DNA of 39,344 nucleotides from Candidatus Eiseniibacteriota bacterium (lineage in GTDB: Bacteria > Eisenbacteria > RBG-16-71-46 > DASYSL01). The DNA is taken from positions 1 through 39,344 of the forward strand of contig JBKJJJ010000200.1 in assembly GCA_046598045.1 (NCBI GenBank). Direction: 5' to 3'. The notes below the pieces were generated by a model. The model was not told the origin of the DNA, did no database searches, and saw only the letters and a program-made list of their open reading frames with translations. Positions 8,741 to 18,662 of this stretch are shown piece by piece (the first letter of the stretch is position 1; every line of letters begins with the position of its first letter). The position numbers were made by a program, and so were the translations under genes.

Positions 8741-9391
8741 ATGCGTCCTGGAGTTGGTCGTTTGTTCGCCCTGTTCGCCCCCGCGTTCCTGGTTTTCGCC
8801 CTCTCGCTCACCCGTGCTGGCTCGGCCTCGTGTGATGTGCGGCTCAACGAAATCTGTCCCGCCCCCGCGCGCGATTGGGACGGCAACGCGCTGTTCTCGG
8901 CGCGCGACGACGAGTGGGTCGAGCTGGTGAATACGGCAGCCGTCCCGGTCGACCTGGCGCTCTACTACATCACCGATTCCGACTCGACCGTGCGCTGGGC
9001 GGGCACCGGCGTGATCAACCCGGGCGAGTATCGCGTGATCTTCGGCAGCGACGCGGTCACCTGGCAGCGCGACCATGGCCGCACGATCGCGGGGCTCTCG
9101 CTCGCGAACGCCGGGGACGCGGTCCGCTTGTGGCGCGCCGTGGGCGCGGACACGATGCTGGTCGAGAGCTACACCTACTCCGCGCACGAGGCCGGCCCCG
9201 ACCGCTCGATCGGCCGCATGCCCGACACCACCGGGGACGCGTGGCAGCTGTTCGACGGCTACTCGCCCTACACCGGCGCGCTCGAACCGCGCGGCAACGG
9301 CTGTAACCCGTCGCCGCATTCGATCAACCAGTGCGCCAACACGCCGGTCGAGTTCCAGACCTGGGGGCGGATCAAGGCGCAGTACCGGTAG
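8741..9391 (+). CDS. secreted lamin-tail-domain protein with C-terminal TWGxIKxQYR motif
   Basis: GGGAGA RBS, signal peptide. LTD motifs VRLNEI..DEWVELVN..LANAGDAVRL. Ends PVEFQTWGRIKAQYR. Confidence 0.85.
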   Translation: MRPGVGRLFALFAPAFLVFALSLTRAGSASCDVRLNEICPAPARDWDGNALFSARDDEWVELVNTAAVPVDLALYYITDSDSTVRWAGTGVINPGEYRVIFGSDAVTWQRDHGRTIAGLSLANAGDAVRLWRAVGADTMLVESYTYSAHEAGPDRSIGRMPDTTGDAWQLFDGYSPYTGALEPRGNGCNPSPHSINQCANTPVEFQTWGRIKAQYR

Positions 9392-9399
9392 CGCGCATT

Positions 9400-9428
9400 T
9401 TGACCGTGCTGGCGGCCTGTGTTAGCGT
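9400..9428 (+). promoter_or_regulatory. sigma70-type promoter of the transketolase genes
   Basis: TTGACC(9400-9405)-N17-TAGCGT(9423-9428), with an extended -10 TG. Confidence 0.55.
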
Positions 9429-9493
9429 GGTCGCGTTCACGATTCCGCGTGCCACAGGCCGCCCCGCCCGCCCCCGAAACCCGGAGCCCCCGC

Positions 9494-10432
9494 ATGTCCC
9501 AGACCGCGCCCCACGTCGCCAAGGACGAGGCCGCCGCCGCCACGCTCACGCCCGTGCGTTGCCATGCAAGGGGCCGCGCGGGGTTGAGCCTGGCCGAATT
9601 GCGCGCAATGTCGCTCCGCCTCAGGCGCGACATCGTCACCATGCTGATCGACGCGGGTTCGGGCCACTCCGGCGGGCCGCTGTCGTGCGCCGACTTCGGG
9701 TCGGTGTTGTTCTTCCACGAGCTGAGTCTCGACCCGGCGAATCCGCAGTGGGCGGAGCGCGACTTCTGGCACTTCTCGATCGGGCACGTCACGCCGATCA
9801 TCTATTCGCTGATGGGCGAGCGCGGGTACTTCCCGCTCCCGGACCTGATGAAGTTCCGCCAGTTCGACGGCCACCTGCAGGGCCACCCCTCGCGCCACGA
9901 CACGCCGGGTATCGAGGTCTCGGCCGGGTCGCTCGGGCAGGGGTTGTCGGTCTGTATCGGCGCGGCGCTCGCGTCGCGGATGGATGCGAACCCGCGCCGC
10001 GTCTACTGCGTGATGGGCGACGGCGAGCAGCAGGAGGGCCAGGTGTGGGAGGCGGTGATGTGCGCGGCGCACTATCGCCTCGACAACCTGTGCGCGGTGA
10101 TCGACTACAACCGCAAGCAGATCGACGGCGACGTCGAGGACATCATGGGCATCGCCCCGCTGGCCGACAAGTACCGCGCGTTCAACTGGAACGTGATCGA
10201 GGTCGACGGCCACGACCACGAGGCGATCCTCGCGGCGTTCGACGCGGCGCGCGCGCACAAGGGCCGGCCGAGCGTGTTGCTCGCGCACACGGTGATGGGG
10301 CAGGGGATCTCGTACATGGCCGACGACTACCGCTGGCACGGCAAGCCGCCCAAGAAGGACGAGGGCGAGCAGGCGCTGGTCGAGCTCGGCACCACCTACG
10401 ACGCGTGGAAAGCGCGCCTGCTCGCGGGGTAG
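9494..10432 (+). CDS. transketolase N-terminal subunit (ThDP binding)
   Basis: GSGHSGG, LQGHP, GSLGQG, GDGE..EG..N ThDP motif, DGHD, WHGK. Confidence 0.93.
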   Translation: MSQTAPHVAKDEAAAATLTPVRCHARGRAGLSLAELRAMSLRLRRDIVTMLIDAGSGHSGGPLSCADFGSVLFFHELSLDPANPQWAERDFWHFSIGHVTPIIYSLMGERGYFPLPDLMKFRQFDGHLQGHPSRHDTPGIEVSAGSLGQGLSVCIGAALASRMDANPRRVYCVMGDGEQQEGQVWEAVMCAAHYRLDNLCAVIDYNRKQIDGDVEDIMGIAPLADKYRAFNWNVIEVDGHDHEAILAAFDAARAHKGRPSVLLAHTVMGQGISYMADDYRWHGKPPKKDEGEQALVELGTTYDAWKARLLAG

Positions 10433-10437
10433 GCGCC

Positions 10438-11421
10438 ATGGCCAACGACATCGTCCTCCAGGACCCGGTCGGCATGAAGAAGACGCGCGAGGGTTTCGGC
10501 CATGCGCTGGTCGACCTCGGCGCGTCCGACCCGCGCGTGGTCGTGATGGTCGGCGACCTCGTCGAGTCGACGATGACGTCGTTCTTCGCGGAGAAGTATC
10601 CCGCACGCTTCTTCGAGATCGGCATCGCCGAGCAGAACATGGCGTCGATCGCGGCGGGCCTCGCGGCGATGGGCAAGGTGCCGTTCTTCGCGACCTACGG
10701 CGCGTTCGCGAGCTGCCGCTCGGCGGACCAGATCCGCGTGTCGATCGCCTACTCCAACCTGCCGGTCAAGATCGGCGGGGCGCACGGCGGCATCTCGGTC
10801 GGGCCCGACGGCGCGACCCACCAGGCGATGGAGGAGTTCGCGATCATCCGCGCGATCCCGAACATGTCGCTGGTCGTGCCGTGCGACTACTGGGAGGCGC
10901 GCAAGGCCACGCGTGCGGCGGCGGCGACCCCGGGGCCGGTCTACATCCGCTTCGGGCGCGAGGACGTGCCGGTCGTGACCGACGAGTCCACACCGTTCAC
11001 GTTCGGCAAGGGCGAGCAGTTCGGCGCCGGCACCGACGTCACGGTGATCGCGTGCGGCGTGATGGTCTACGAGGCTCTCAAGGCGCGCGAGACCATGAGG
11101 GCGAAGGGCGTGAGCGTGCGCGTGATCAACCTGCACACGATCAAGCCGCTCGACCGGGAGATCATCGTGCGCGCCGCGCAGGAGACCGGCGCGATCGTCA
11201 CCGCGGAGGAGCACCAGGTGAACGGCGGCCTCGGCGGCGCGGTCGCCGAGGTGGTGGTCCAGCAGCACCCCGTGCCGATGGAACTCGTCGCCGTGCACGA
11301 CCGCTTCGGCCAGTCCGGCAAGCCCGCCGAGCTGATGGCCGCGTTCGGGCTCAAGGCGCCGGACGTGGTGAAGGCGATCGAGCGGGTGTTGGCACGGAAG
11401 GGTGCGCACGCGCGCGCCTGA
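10438..11421 (+). CDS. transketolase C-terminal subunit (pyrimidine-binding and C-terminal domains)
   Basis: GIAEQN, DGATHQ, YIRFGR, IKPLD, EEH..GGLG, FGQSG. Confidence 0.93.
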   Translation: MANDIVLQDPVGMKKTREGFGHALVDLGASDPRVVVMVGDLVESTMTSFFAEKYPARFFEIGIAEQNMASIAAGLAAMGKVPFFATYGAFASCRSADQIRVSIAYSNLPVKIGGAHGGISVGPDGATHQAMEEFAIIRAIPNMSLVVPCDYWEARKATRAAAATPGPVYIRFGREDVPVVTDESTPFTFGKGEQFGAGTDVTVIACGVMVYEALKARETMRAKGVSVRVINLHTIKPLDREIIVRAAQETGAIVTAEEHQVNGGLGGAVAEVVVQQHPVPMELVAVHDRFGQSGKPAELMAAFGLKAPDVVKAIERVLARKGAHARA

Positions 11422-11451
11422 GGCCCCCGGCGAAGCCCGGGGAGCCCCGCC

Positions 11452-11480
11452 TTGACGTTTTTCCCCCCCTTGGCTATGGT
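11452..11480 (+). promoter_or_regulatory. sigma70-type promoter for tRNA-Leu
   Basis: TTGACG(11452-11457)-N17-TATGGT(11475-11480), 14 nt before the tRNA. Confidence 0.7.
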
Positions 11481-11494
11481 CCGCCTCTATCCAC

Positions 11495-11581
<87 letters not shown>

Positions 11582-11591
11582 ATTTTGCAAG

Positions 11592-11619
11592 GGCAGCCCC
11601 CGGGCTGCCTTTCTTTTTT
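11592..11619 (+). terminator. intrinsic terminator after tRNA-Leu
   Basis: GGCAGCCC/GGGCTGCC inverted repeat followed by TTTCTTTTTT. Confidence 0.8.
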
Positions 11620-11630
11620 CAGGTAGGGCC

Positions 11631-12149
11631 ATGACGGAGAGCAAGCGGCCCGCCGGCGCGGGCGGCGGCACAGTCAAGGACGGCGCCTCGCGGGGCGACT
11701 TCGCGGTCGCCACGAATCGCCGCGCGTTGCACGACTACTTCGTCGAGTCGACGCTCGAGTGCGGCCTCGTGCTCACCGGCACCGAGGTCAAGTCGCTGCG
11801 CCAGGGCAAGGCCCAGCTCGCCGACAGCTACGCGATCGTGGACCAGGGCCAGGCGTTCCTGCACCATCTGCACATCTCGCCCTACGAGCAGGGCAACCGG
11901 TCGAACCACGACCCCATGCGGGTCCGCAAACTCCTGCTGCACAAGCGCGAGATCGACCGCCTGTGGGGCCTCACGCGCCAGAAGGGATACGCGCTGATTC
12001 CGCTCCGCCTTTACTTCACGCGCGGCCGCGCGAAGGTCGCGCTGGGCGTCTGCAAGGGCAAGAAGCTGCACGACAAGCGCGCCACCATCGCCGCGCGCGA
12101 TGCCGACCGCGAAGTGCGCCGCGAGCTGCGCGGCCGGGACAAGTCGTGA
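11631..12149 (+). CDS. smpB: SsrA-binding protein SmpB
   Basis: NRRALHDY, GLVLTGTEVKSLR, HISPY, RKLLLHKREI, KGKKLHDKR. Confidence 0.97.
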   Translation: MTESKRPAGAGGGTVKDGASRGDFAVATNRRALHDYFVESTLECGLVLTGTEVKSLRQGKAQLADSYAIVDQGQAFLHHLHISPYEQGNRSNHDPMRVRKLLLHKREIDRLWGLTRQKGYALIPLRLYFTRGRAKVALGVCKGKKLHDKRATIAARDADREVRRELRGRDKS

Positions 12150-13588
12150 TCCGGGCGCTGCTCCTGGTGGTGCTCATGGCGATCGCCGGCAACGCGACCG
12201 CGGCGGTGCAGGTCGAGCGCGTCGGGCGCGGCACGACCGAGAGCGTCGCCACCGTCCAGCTCGAGGGCCGCACCTACGTCGGCGTGAATGCGCTCGCGCG
12301 CCTCGTCGGCGGCACGAAGTACTGGCGCCCGGACCTGCGCAAGCTCGAGGTGCGCAGCGTCAAGCACACGCTCGGCCTCACGGTCGACGCGCCTTACGCG
12401 ATCGTCGATGAGGTTACGATCCGCCTGCCCGCGCCCGCGCGGCTGTTCGCGGGCGAGGTGCAGGTGCCGATCGAGATCTTCCCGCTCGCGCTCTCGGGCC
12501 GCTTCCTGCCGCGCGCCGCCTACGACCCGGCCGCAAACCGGCTCGTGCTGTTCGACCAGGAGCCGAACCTCGGCCCGCCCGTGCTCTCGGTCACCGGCCC
12601 GCGCACCCGCCTGACGCTGCCGATCACGACCAGCCTCGAGCCCTCGGTGGTGAGCGCGCGCAAGAGCCGCTTCCTGGTCGACGTCGGAGGCGGCATGCTG
12701 TCGGCGGTGCCCGGCGACTCGCTCCCGGGACAGGGCCTCCTGAGCGGCGTGCGCTTCCGGCGCGAGCCGGTCGGCGTGTTGCTCGACCTCGGGCTGAGTG
12801 AGGATGCGAGGAGCTACCGCGTGCAGGTTCCCAAGGGACAGCAGTTGATCGAACTCGAGTTCGCGCCCGAGGTGCCGCCCGGCTTCGTCGCGTTCGCGCC
12901 CGAGTACGGCGCGCCGCCGGACCGGCCGCTGCGCGTGCTCGTGATCGACCCGGGCCACGGCGGGCCCGATTCGGGCTACGCACCCCCCGGCGGCCCGCGC
13001 GAGAAGGACCTCGCGCTCGCGCTCGCGCGCCTGCTGCGCGCCCGGGTCGGCGCGCGGCTGCCCGGCGTGCAGGTCGTGCTCACGCGCGACAACGACACCG
13101 ACCCGCCCGCGCTCCAGCGGATCGAGACCGCGAACCGCGCGCGCGGCGACCTCTATCTCTCGCTTCACTTCGACGGCGTGCCCGGAGCGGGCGTGCGCGG
13201 CGTGACCGCGACCGTCGCTCCGCCGCTGGGCTTCGACGCCGAGACCGCGTTCGGTGGCGCGGACGACCCGCGGCGTGGCGCCGCGGGCCGGCCGCTCGCG
13301 CTCGTGCCCTGGCGCGACGCCGCCGGGCGGTATGCGTCCGACAGCCGCGGCGTGGCCGAGCTGATGCTCGCCGCGCTCGCCGGGGCCGGCGGCGCGCGCA
13401 CGCGCTTGAGGCAGTCGCGCGTGCTGCCGCTCGAGGGCGCGAACATGCCCGCGGTGATGCTCGAGTGCGGCATGCTCTCGAACCCCGACGAGCGCAAGCG
13501 CCTCGCCGATCCGGCCGCGCTGTCCGCGCGCGCCGACGTGCTCGCGCGCGCGCTCGAGCGCTACGCGGGCGGAGGGTTCTGGCCGTGA
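12146..13588 (+). CDS. N-acetylmuramoyl-L-alanine amidase (Amidase_3) with N-terminal accessory domains
   Basis: GTGA overlap, signal peptide. IDPGHGG, EKD, LSLHFD and MLECG supply the Zn/catalytic residues. Confidence 0.88.
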   Translation: MIRALLLVVLMAIAGNATAAVQVERVGRGTTESVATVQLEGRTYVGVNALARLVGGTKYWRPDLRKLEVRSVKHTLGLTVDAPYAIVDEVTIRLPAPARLFAGEVQVPIEIFPLALSGRFLPRAAYDPAANRLVLFDQEPNLGPPVLSVTGPRTRLTLPITTSLEPSVVSARKSRFLVDVGGGMLSAVPGDSLPGQGLLSGVRFRREPVGVLLDLGLSEDARSYRVQVPKGQQLIELEFAPEVPPGFVAFAPEYGAPPDRPLRVLVIDPGHGGPDSGYAPPGGPREKDLALALARLLRARVGARLPGVQVVLTRDNDTDPPALQRIETANRARGDLYLSLHFDGVPGAGVRGVTATVAPPLGFDAETAFGGADDPRRGAAGRPLALVPWRDAAGRYASDSRGVAELMLAALAGAGGARTRLRQSRVLPLEGANMPAVMLECGMLSNPDERKRLADPAALSARADVLARALERYAGGGFWP

Positions 13589-14169
13589 GCCCCGGATCGA
13601 TGGTCAAGCGCGTGCTGGGCTTCCTCGGCCGCGCCACACTGATGCTGGTCGTGGTCGCGACCATCACGGCGGTCGGGACCGTGTACTGGTTCCGCCACCG
13701 CGGCGAACATTCGAACACGGTCTCCGCCGAGGTCGCGCTCCCGCGCGGCACGCGCGCCATCGAGCTTTACTTCCCGGCCGTGGCCGTGGGCGGGCTCGCG
13801 CTCGAGACGCGCGAGGTGGTCGAGGACCAGGCCGAGGGCGAGACCGTCGTGCGCACGGTCGTCGGCGCGTTGCTCGACGGGCCCGAGGACAAGTCGCTCG
13901 TGCGCCCGTTCCCGGACGGTGTCACGTTGCGGCACGTGTATCGCGACCCGGGCGGCGGCCTCTACCTCGACTTCTCGCCGGCGTTGCGCACGGGCTTCCG
14001 CGGCGGCTCGACCGCCGAGGAACTGCTCGTCTCGGCGCTGCTCAAGACGCTGGCGGCGAACGTGCCCGGCGTGTCACGGGTGACGATCACCGCGGGCGGC
14101 CAGCCGATCGTCTCCCTGGCCGGGCACATCCGCCTCGACGGGCCGTTGCTCGTGTCGGAGTGGCGCTGA
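13585..14169 (+). CDS. GerMN-domain membrane protein (alternative start ATG 13600)
   Basis: N-terminal TM helix. LYF, LLDGP, YLDFS, GGSTAE, TLAAN..V, GHI pattern. Position between amidase and murI. Confidence 0.85.
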   Translation: MSPGSMVKRVLGFLGRATLMLVVVATITAVGTVYWFRHRGEHSNTVSAEVALPRGTRAIELYFPAVAVGGLALETREVVEDQAEGETVVRTVVGALLDGPEDKSLVRPFPDGVTLRHVYRDPGGGLYLDFSPALRTGFRGGSTAEELLVSALLKTLAANVPGVSRVTITAGGQPIVSLAGHIRLDGPLLVSEWR

Positions 14170-14987
14170 TGGACGCGCGCCCGCTCGGCGTCTTCGACTC
14201 GGGGATCGGCGGGCTGACCGTCGTGCGCGAGTTGCTGCGGCTCCTGCCCGACGAGGAGCTGGTCTACTACGGCGATGTCGCGCGACTGCCCTACGGCAAC
14301 AAGTCGCCCGAGACGATCACGCGCTTCTCGCGCGAGATCGCGCGCTTCCTGCTCGAGCGCGGCGTCAAGGCGATCGTGGTCGCGTGCAACACCGCGAGCG
14401 CGCTCGCGCTGCCCCAACTCGCGGACGAGCTCGACGTGCCGGTCGTGGGCGTGATCGAGTCGGGCGCCCGCGCCGCGGCGGTGCGCACGAAGAGCGGGCA
14501 GGTCGGCGTGATCGCGACCGCGAGCACGGTGCGCAGTGGCGCCTACGGTCGCGCGCTCGCGGCGGCGGCGCGCAATCCGGCCGCCCCCGGGCTCACCGTG
14601 ACCGAGCGCGCGTGCCCGCTGTTCGTGCCGCTGGTCGAGGAGGGCTGGATCGACCACCGGGTCACGCGCGAGATCGCCGAGGAATACCTCGCGCCGCTCG
14701 AGGGCCACGGCCTCGACACGCTGATCCTGGGATGCACGCATTACCCGTTGCTCAAGCGCGTGATCGGCGAGGTCATGGGGCCGAACGTGGCGCTCGTCGA
14801 CTCCGGTGAGGAGACGGCGCGCACGGTGGTCGAGATGCTCGACGCCCACGGCCTGCGCGCGCCCGCCGGGCAAAGCCCCGTGCACGCCATCTACCTGTCG
14901 GACCTGCCGGCGGCATTCCAGGGCACGGCCGAACGTTTCCTCGGCCGCGCGCTGCCGCCGGTCGAAGTCGTGACCGTCGCCGGCTGA
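14169..14987 (+). CDS. murI: glutamate racemase
   Basis: FDSGIGG, PYG, VACNTAS, LGCTHYP. Confidence 0.97.
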   Translation: MDARPLGVFDSGIGGLTVVRELLRLLPDEELVYYGDVARLPYGNKSPETITRFSREIARFLLERGVKAIVVACNTASALALPQLADELDVPVVGVIESGARAAAVRTKSGQVGVIATASTVRSGAYGRALAAAARNPAAPGLTVTERACPLFVPLVEEGWIDHRVTREIAEEYLAPLEGHGLDTLILGCTHYPLLKRVIGEVMGPNVALVDSGEETARTVVEMLDAHGLRAPAGQSPVHAIYLSDLPAAFQGTAERFLGRALPPVEVVTVAG

Positions 14988-15037
14988 CGGCGTTGCCATA
15001 CCCTGGGGCGCCTGCGCGCCCCGCGAGAGGAGCCCTC

Positions 15038-15772
15038 ATGTCCCGAGTCGATGGCCGCACGGCGGCCGCACTGCGCCCGATCAAGTTCACGCGCAACTAC
15101 CTGTCGCACGCCGAGGGTAGCTGCCTCGTCCAGTTCGGGCAGACGCACGTGCTGTGTGCGGCCTCGGTCGAGGAGCGCGTGCCCGGTTTCCTCAAGGGCA
15201 AGGGCCAGGGCTGGGTCACCGCCGAGTACGCGATGTTGCCGCGCTCGACCACCGAGCGCGTCCAGCGCGAGTCCTACAAGGGCGGCCGCGCGCTCGAGAT
15301 CTCGCGCCTGATCGGCCGCTCGCTGCGCGCGGTCGTCAACCTCTCGGCGTTCGGCGAGCGCACGATCACGCTCGACTGCGACGTGCTCGAGGCCGACGGC
15401 GGCACCCGCACGGCGGCGATCAACGGCGCGTTCGTCGCGCTGCACGACGCGCTGTTCTCGATCGCGAACCGAGGCGGCCTGAGTTCGGCGCCGCTCAAGG
15501 ACCAGGTCGTCGCCGTGAGCGTCGGCAAGGTGGCGGGGGACGTGCTGCTCGACTTGTGCTACCTCGAGGACTCGACCGCCGAGACCGACATGAACGTGGT
15601 GATGACCGGCGCCGGCAACTTCGTCGAGGTGCAGGGCACCGCCGAGCAGGGCACGTTCTCGCGTGCGGAGCTGGCGCAGTTGCTGCGCTTCGCCGAACGC
15701 GGGCTCAAGCGCGTGGTCAAGGCGCAGGCGAAGGCGATCGGCGACACCGCGCTGTTCGCGCGCGCCCGGTAA
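15038..15772 (+). CDS. rph: ribonuclease PH
   Basis: [52 protein letters not shown]. Confidence 0.97.
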   Translation: MSRVDGRTAAALRPIKFTRNYLSHAEGSCLVQFGQTHVLCAASVEERVPGFLKGKGQGWVTAEYAMLPRSTTERVQRESYKGGRALEISRLIGRSLRAVVNLSAFGERTITLDCDVLEADGGTRTAAINGAFVALHDALFSIANRGGLSSAPLKDQVVAVSVGKVAGDVLLDLCYLEDSTAETDMNVVMTGAGNFVEVQGTAEQGTFSRAELAQLLRFAERGLKRVVKAQAKAIGDTALFARAR

Positions 15773-15777
15773 GCCCC

Positions 15778-16374
15778 GTGCGCTGGATCGTCGCCACCGC
15801 GAACGCGCACAAGGTGCGCGAGCTGGCCGCGCTGCTGGGCGACCTCGGGGTCGAGCTCGTGGCGCGGCCTGGCGACGCGCTCATGCCGGAGGAGACCGGC
15901 GCCACGTTCCTCGCGAACGCGCGGCTCAAGGCGCGGGCGGTGGCGAAGGCCACCGGCGAGATCGCGCTCGCCGACGACAGCGGTCTCGAGGTCGACGCCC
16001 TGGGCGGGGACCCCGGCGTGCGCTCCGCGCGCTACGCGGGAGAGGATGCGAGCGATGACGACAACAATGCGAAGTTGCTCGCCGAGCTATCGGGGATCCA
16101 CGGACCCAACCGGCGGGCGCGCTTTCGCTGCGTGCTCGCGCTCGTCGGGCCCGACGGCAAGGAGCTGACCGCCGACGGCCGCTGCGAGGGCTTCGTGCTC
16201 GAGCAAGCGCGCGGGGCGGGGGGCTTCGGCTACGATCCCCTGTTCCAGCCCGAGGGTGACACCCGCGCACTCGCCGAGTACTCTGAGGATGAGAAGAACG
16301 CCATTTCGCATCGCGGCCGCGCCGTGCGCCGCCTGCGTGAGATGCTCGAACGCCTCGGCCGCACCTCGCCCTGA
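15778..16374 (+). CDS. rdgB: RdgB/HAM1 non-canonical purine NTP pyrophosphatase
   Basis: ATANAHK, ADDSGL, PGVRSARYAG, GFGYDPLF, KNAISHRG. Confidence 0.95.
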   Translation: MRWIVATANAHKVRELAALLGDLGVELVARPGDALMPEETGATFLANARLKARAVAKATGEIALADDSGLEVDALGGDPGVRSARYAGEDASDDDNNAKLLAELSGIHGPNRRARFRCVLALVGPDGKELTADGRCEGFVLEQARGAGGFGYDPLFQPEGDTRALAEYSEDEKNAISHRGRAVRRLREMLERLGRTSP

Positions 16375-16414
16375 GCCTGCCGGCCGCGCGCGTCCGCCCA
16401 CCATCGGGGGCCGC

Positions 16415-17302
16415 ATGAAGAAGCAGGGACAGTCCCGCCTCGCCGAGCGCTACCGCGTCAAGGACCCGAAGTCGTTCCGCCTCAAGCAGGTCGATCCCGG
16501 CGATCGCGCGCGCCTCGAATCAGAGGACAAGGCCGCGGAGCGCCTCGCCGAGGGCGTGCGGCGTCTCGCCGACCTCCAGGCCAGGCTCTACGCCGAGCAC
16601 AAGCGCTCGGTGCTGATCGTGATCCAGGCGATGGACGCGGCGGGCAAGGACTCGGCGATCAAGCACGTGATGTCCGGCATCAATCCCCAGGGCGTCACTG
16701 TGGCGTCGTTCAAGCAGCCTTCCTCCGAGGAACTCGACCACGACTTCCTGTGGCGCTGTGACAGGCACCTGCCCGAGACCGGACGCATCGGCATCTTCAA
16801 CCGCTCCTACTACGAGGAGGTGCTCGTAGTGCGCGTCCACCCCGAGTACCTGGACGCGCAGCACCTGCCCGCGGACGTGATCACGAAGGACATCTGGCAG
16901 GACCGCTTCAAGGACATCAAGAACTGGGAGCGCCATCTCGCGCGCAACGGCGTGCTGATCCGCAAGTTCTTCCTCTACGTGTCGAAGGGCGAACAGAAGC
17001 GGCGCTTCCTCTCCCGCCTCGACCAGCCGGAGAAGAATTGGAAGTTCTCCGAGGCCGACGTCAAGGAGCGCGGGCACTGGAAGGAATACATGTCCGCCTA
17101 CGAGGACATGATCAGGAACACCAGCACCGACGTGGCGCCGTGGTACGTCGTGCCCGCCGATCACAAGTGGTTCACGCGCCTGGTCGTGGCCGAGGCCGTG
17201 ATCCACGCGCTCGAGGAGCTCGACCTCGAATACCCGAAGGTCGATCCCAAGCGCAAGCGCGAACTGGCAGCCGCGCGGCGCGAATTGCTGGCCAACGGCT
17301 GA
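16415..17302 (+). CDS. polyphosphate kinase 2 family protein (single domain, class III-like)
   Basis: QAMDAAGKD Walker A, FKQPS, HDFLWR, FNRSYYE, KNWKFS, PADHKW. Confidence 0.93.
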   Translation: MKKQGQSRLAERYRVKDPKSFRLKQVDPGDRARLESEDKAAERLAEGVRRLADLQARLYAEHKRSVLIVIQAMDAAGKDSAIKHVMSGINPQGVTVASFKQPSSEELDHDFLWRCDRHLPETGRIGIFNRSYYEEVLVVRVHPEYLDAQHLPADVITKDIWQDRFKDIKNWERHLARNGVLIRKFFLYVSKGEQKRRFLSRLDQPEKNWKFSEADVKERGHWKEYMSAYEDMIRNTSTDVAPWYVVPADHKWFTRLVVAEAVIHALEELDLEYPKVDPKRKRELAAARRELLANG

Positions 17303-17303
17303 C

Positions 17304-18662
17304 GTGCTGCACGACGCGCTGGTCTGGCACCGGCTGCAGTTCGCGTTCACGATCATTTACCACTATTTGTTCCCGCAGCTCACGATGGGGCTCGCGCTCC
17401 TGATCGTGATCCTGAAGGCGCTCGGTCTCAGGACCGGCGACACGCGCTGGGACGATGCGGCGCGCTTCTGGATCCGGATCTTCGGCATCAACTTCGCGGT
17501 CGGCGTGGTGACCGGCGTGCCCATGGAGTTCCAGTTCGGCACCAACTGGGCGCGCTTCTCGCGCATCGCCGGTCCGGTGATCGGCCAGACCCTCGGCATG
17601 GAAGGCCTGTTCGCGTTCTTCCTCGAGTCGAGCTTCCTCTCGCTGCTGGTGTGGGGCGAGAAGCGCCTGGGCCGCGTGCGCCACTTCGCCGCCGCGATCG
17701 CGCTCTGGTTCGGGAGCTGGCTGTCGGGCTACTTCATCGTGACCACGAACGCGTTCATGCAGCACCCGGTCGGCCACGCGGTCAACGCGGACGGAACGCT
17801 GCGCCTGGTGGACTTCGGCGCGTTCCTGTTCAACCCGTGGGCGCTCGCGCAGTACGCGCACACCATGATCGCGACCGTGGTCACCGGCGCGTTCGTCATG
17901 GCCGCGGTCGGCGCCTACTACGCGCTGCGCGGCGTCCATGCCGACGCGGCGCGGCGCTTCCTCCTGGTCGGCACGACCGCCGGATTGATCGCGAGCGTGC
18001 TGGTCGCGTTCCCGACCGGCGACCACCAGGCGAAGCTGGTCGCGCGGCATCAGCCGGCCGCGCTCGCCGCGATGGAGGGGCGCTTCGCGAGCGGCCCGAA
18101 CGCCGGCATCCACGTGATCGGCCAGCCGAACGTCGCCGAGAAGAAGCTCGACAACCCCGTGCTGCTGCCGGGCATGCTGAGCTTCCTCGCGTTCGGCACG
18201 TTCCACGCCGACGTGCCCGGGCTCGACGCATTCCCCGAGAGCGACTGGCCCGACAACATCGAGTTGCTCTACTACGCGTTCCACATCATGGCCGGGCTGG
18301 GCACGATCATGATCGCGCTCATGGGAATCGCCATGCTGCTCGCCTGGCGCGGCACGCTCGCGCGGGCGCGCGCGGTGTTGTGGGCGCTCGCGCTCTCGTT
18401 CCCGATGCCCTACATCGCGACCACCGCGGGCTGGATGACCGCCGAGCTCGGCCGCCAGCCGTGGCTGGTCTACGGCTTCCTGCGCACCAGGGACGGCGCG
18501 AGCCCGACCGTGCACGGCGGGACCGCGCTGTTCACGCTGATCGGCTTCACCGGGATCTACTTCGTGCTGGGGATCCTGTTCCTGTTCCTGGTCGGCCGCG
18601 AGATCGCGCATGGCCCTGCGGGGGTGCCCGGTCCCGCGGGCGGCGAGGCGGCGCATGGTTGA
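17304..18662 (+). CDS. cydA: cytochrome bd ubiquinol oxidase subunit I
   Basis: RLQFA..YHYLF, GVVTG..EFQFGTNW, AFFLES, GWMTAELGRQPW. Short Q-loop. Confidence 0.96.
   Translation: MLHDALVWHRLQFAFTIIYHYLFPQLTMGLALLIVILKALGLRTGDTRWDDAARFWIRIFGINFAVGVVTGVPMEFQFGTNWARFSRIAGPVIGQTLGMEGLFAFFLESSFLSLLVWGEKRLGRVRHFAAAIALWFGSWLSGYFIVTTNAFMQHPVGHAVNADGTLRLVDFGAFLFNPWALAQYAHTMIATVVTGAFVMAAVGAYYALRGVHADAARRFLLVGTTAGLIASVLVAFPTGDHQAKLVARHQPAALAAMEGRFASGPNAGIHVIGQPNVAEKKLDNPVLLPGMLSFLAFGTFHADVPGLDAFPESDWPDNIELLYYAFHIMAGLGTIMIALMGIAMLLAWRGTLARARAVLWALALSFPMPYIATTAGWMTAELGRQPWLVYGFLRTRDGASPTVHGGTALFTLIGFTGIYFVLGILFLFLVGREIAHGPAGVPGPAGGEAAHG

Noticed and set aside
9494..11421. Split transketolase as a frameshifted pseudogene
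   Set aside because: Two-subunit transketolases are a well-known form, and both halves have proper starts, stops and intact motifs.
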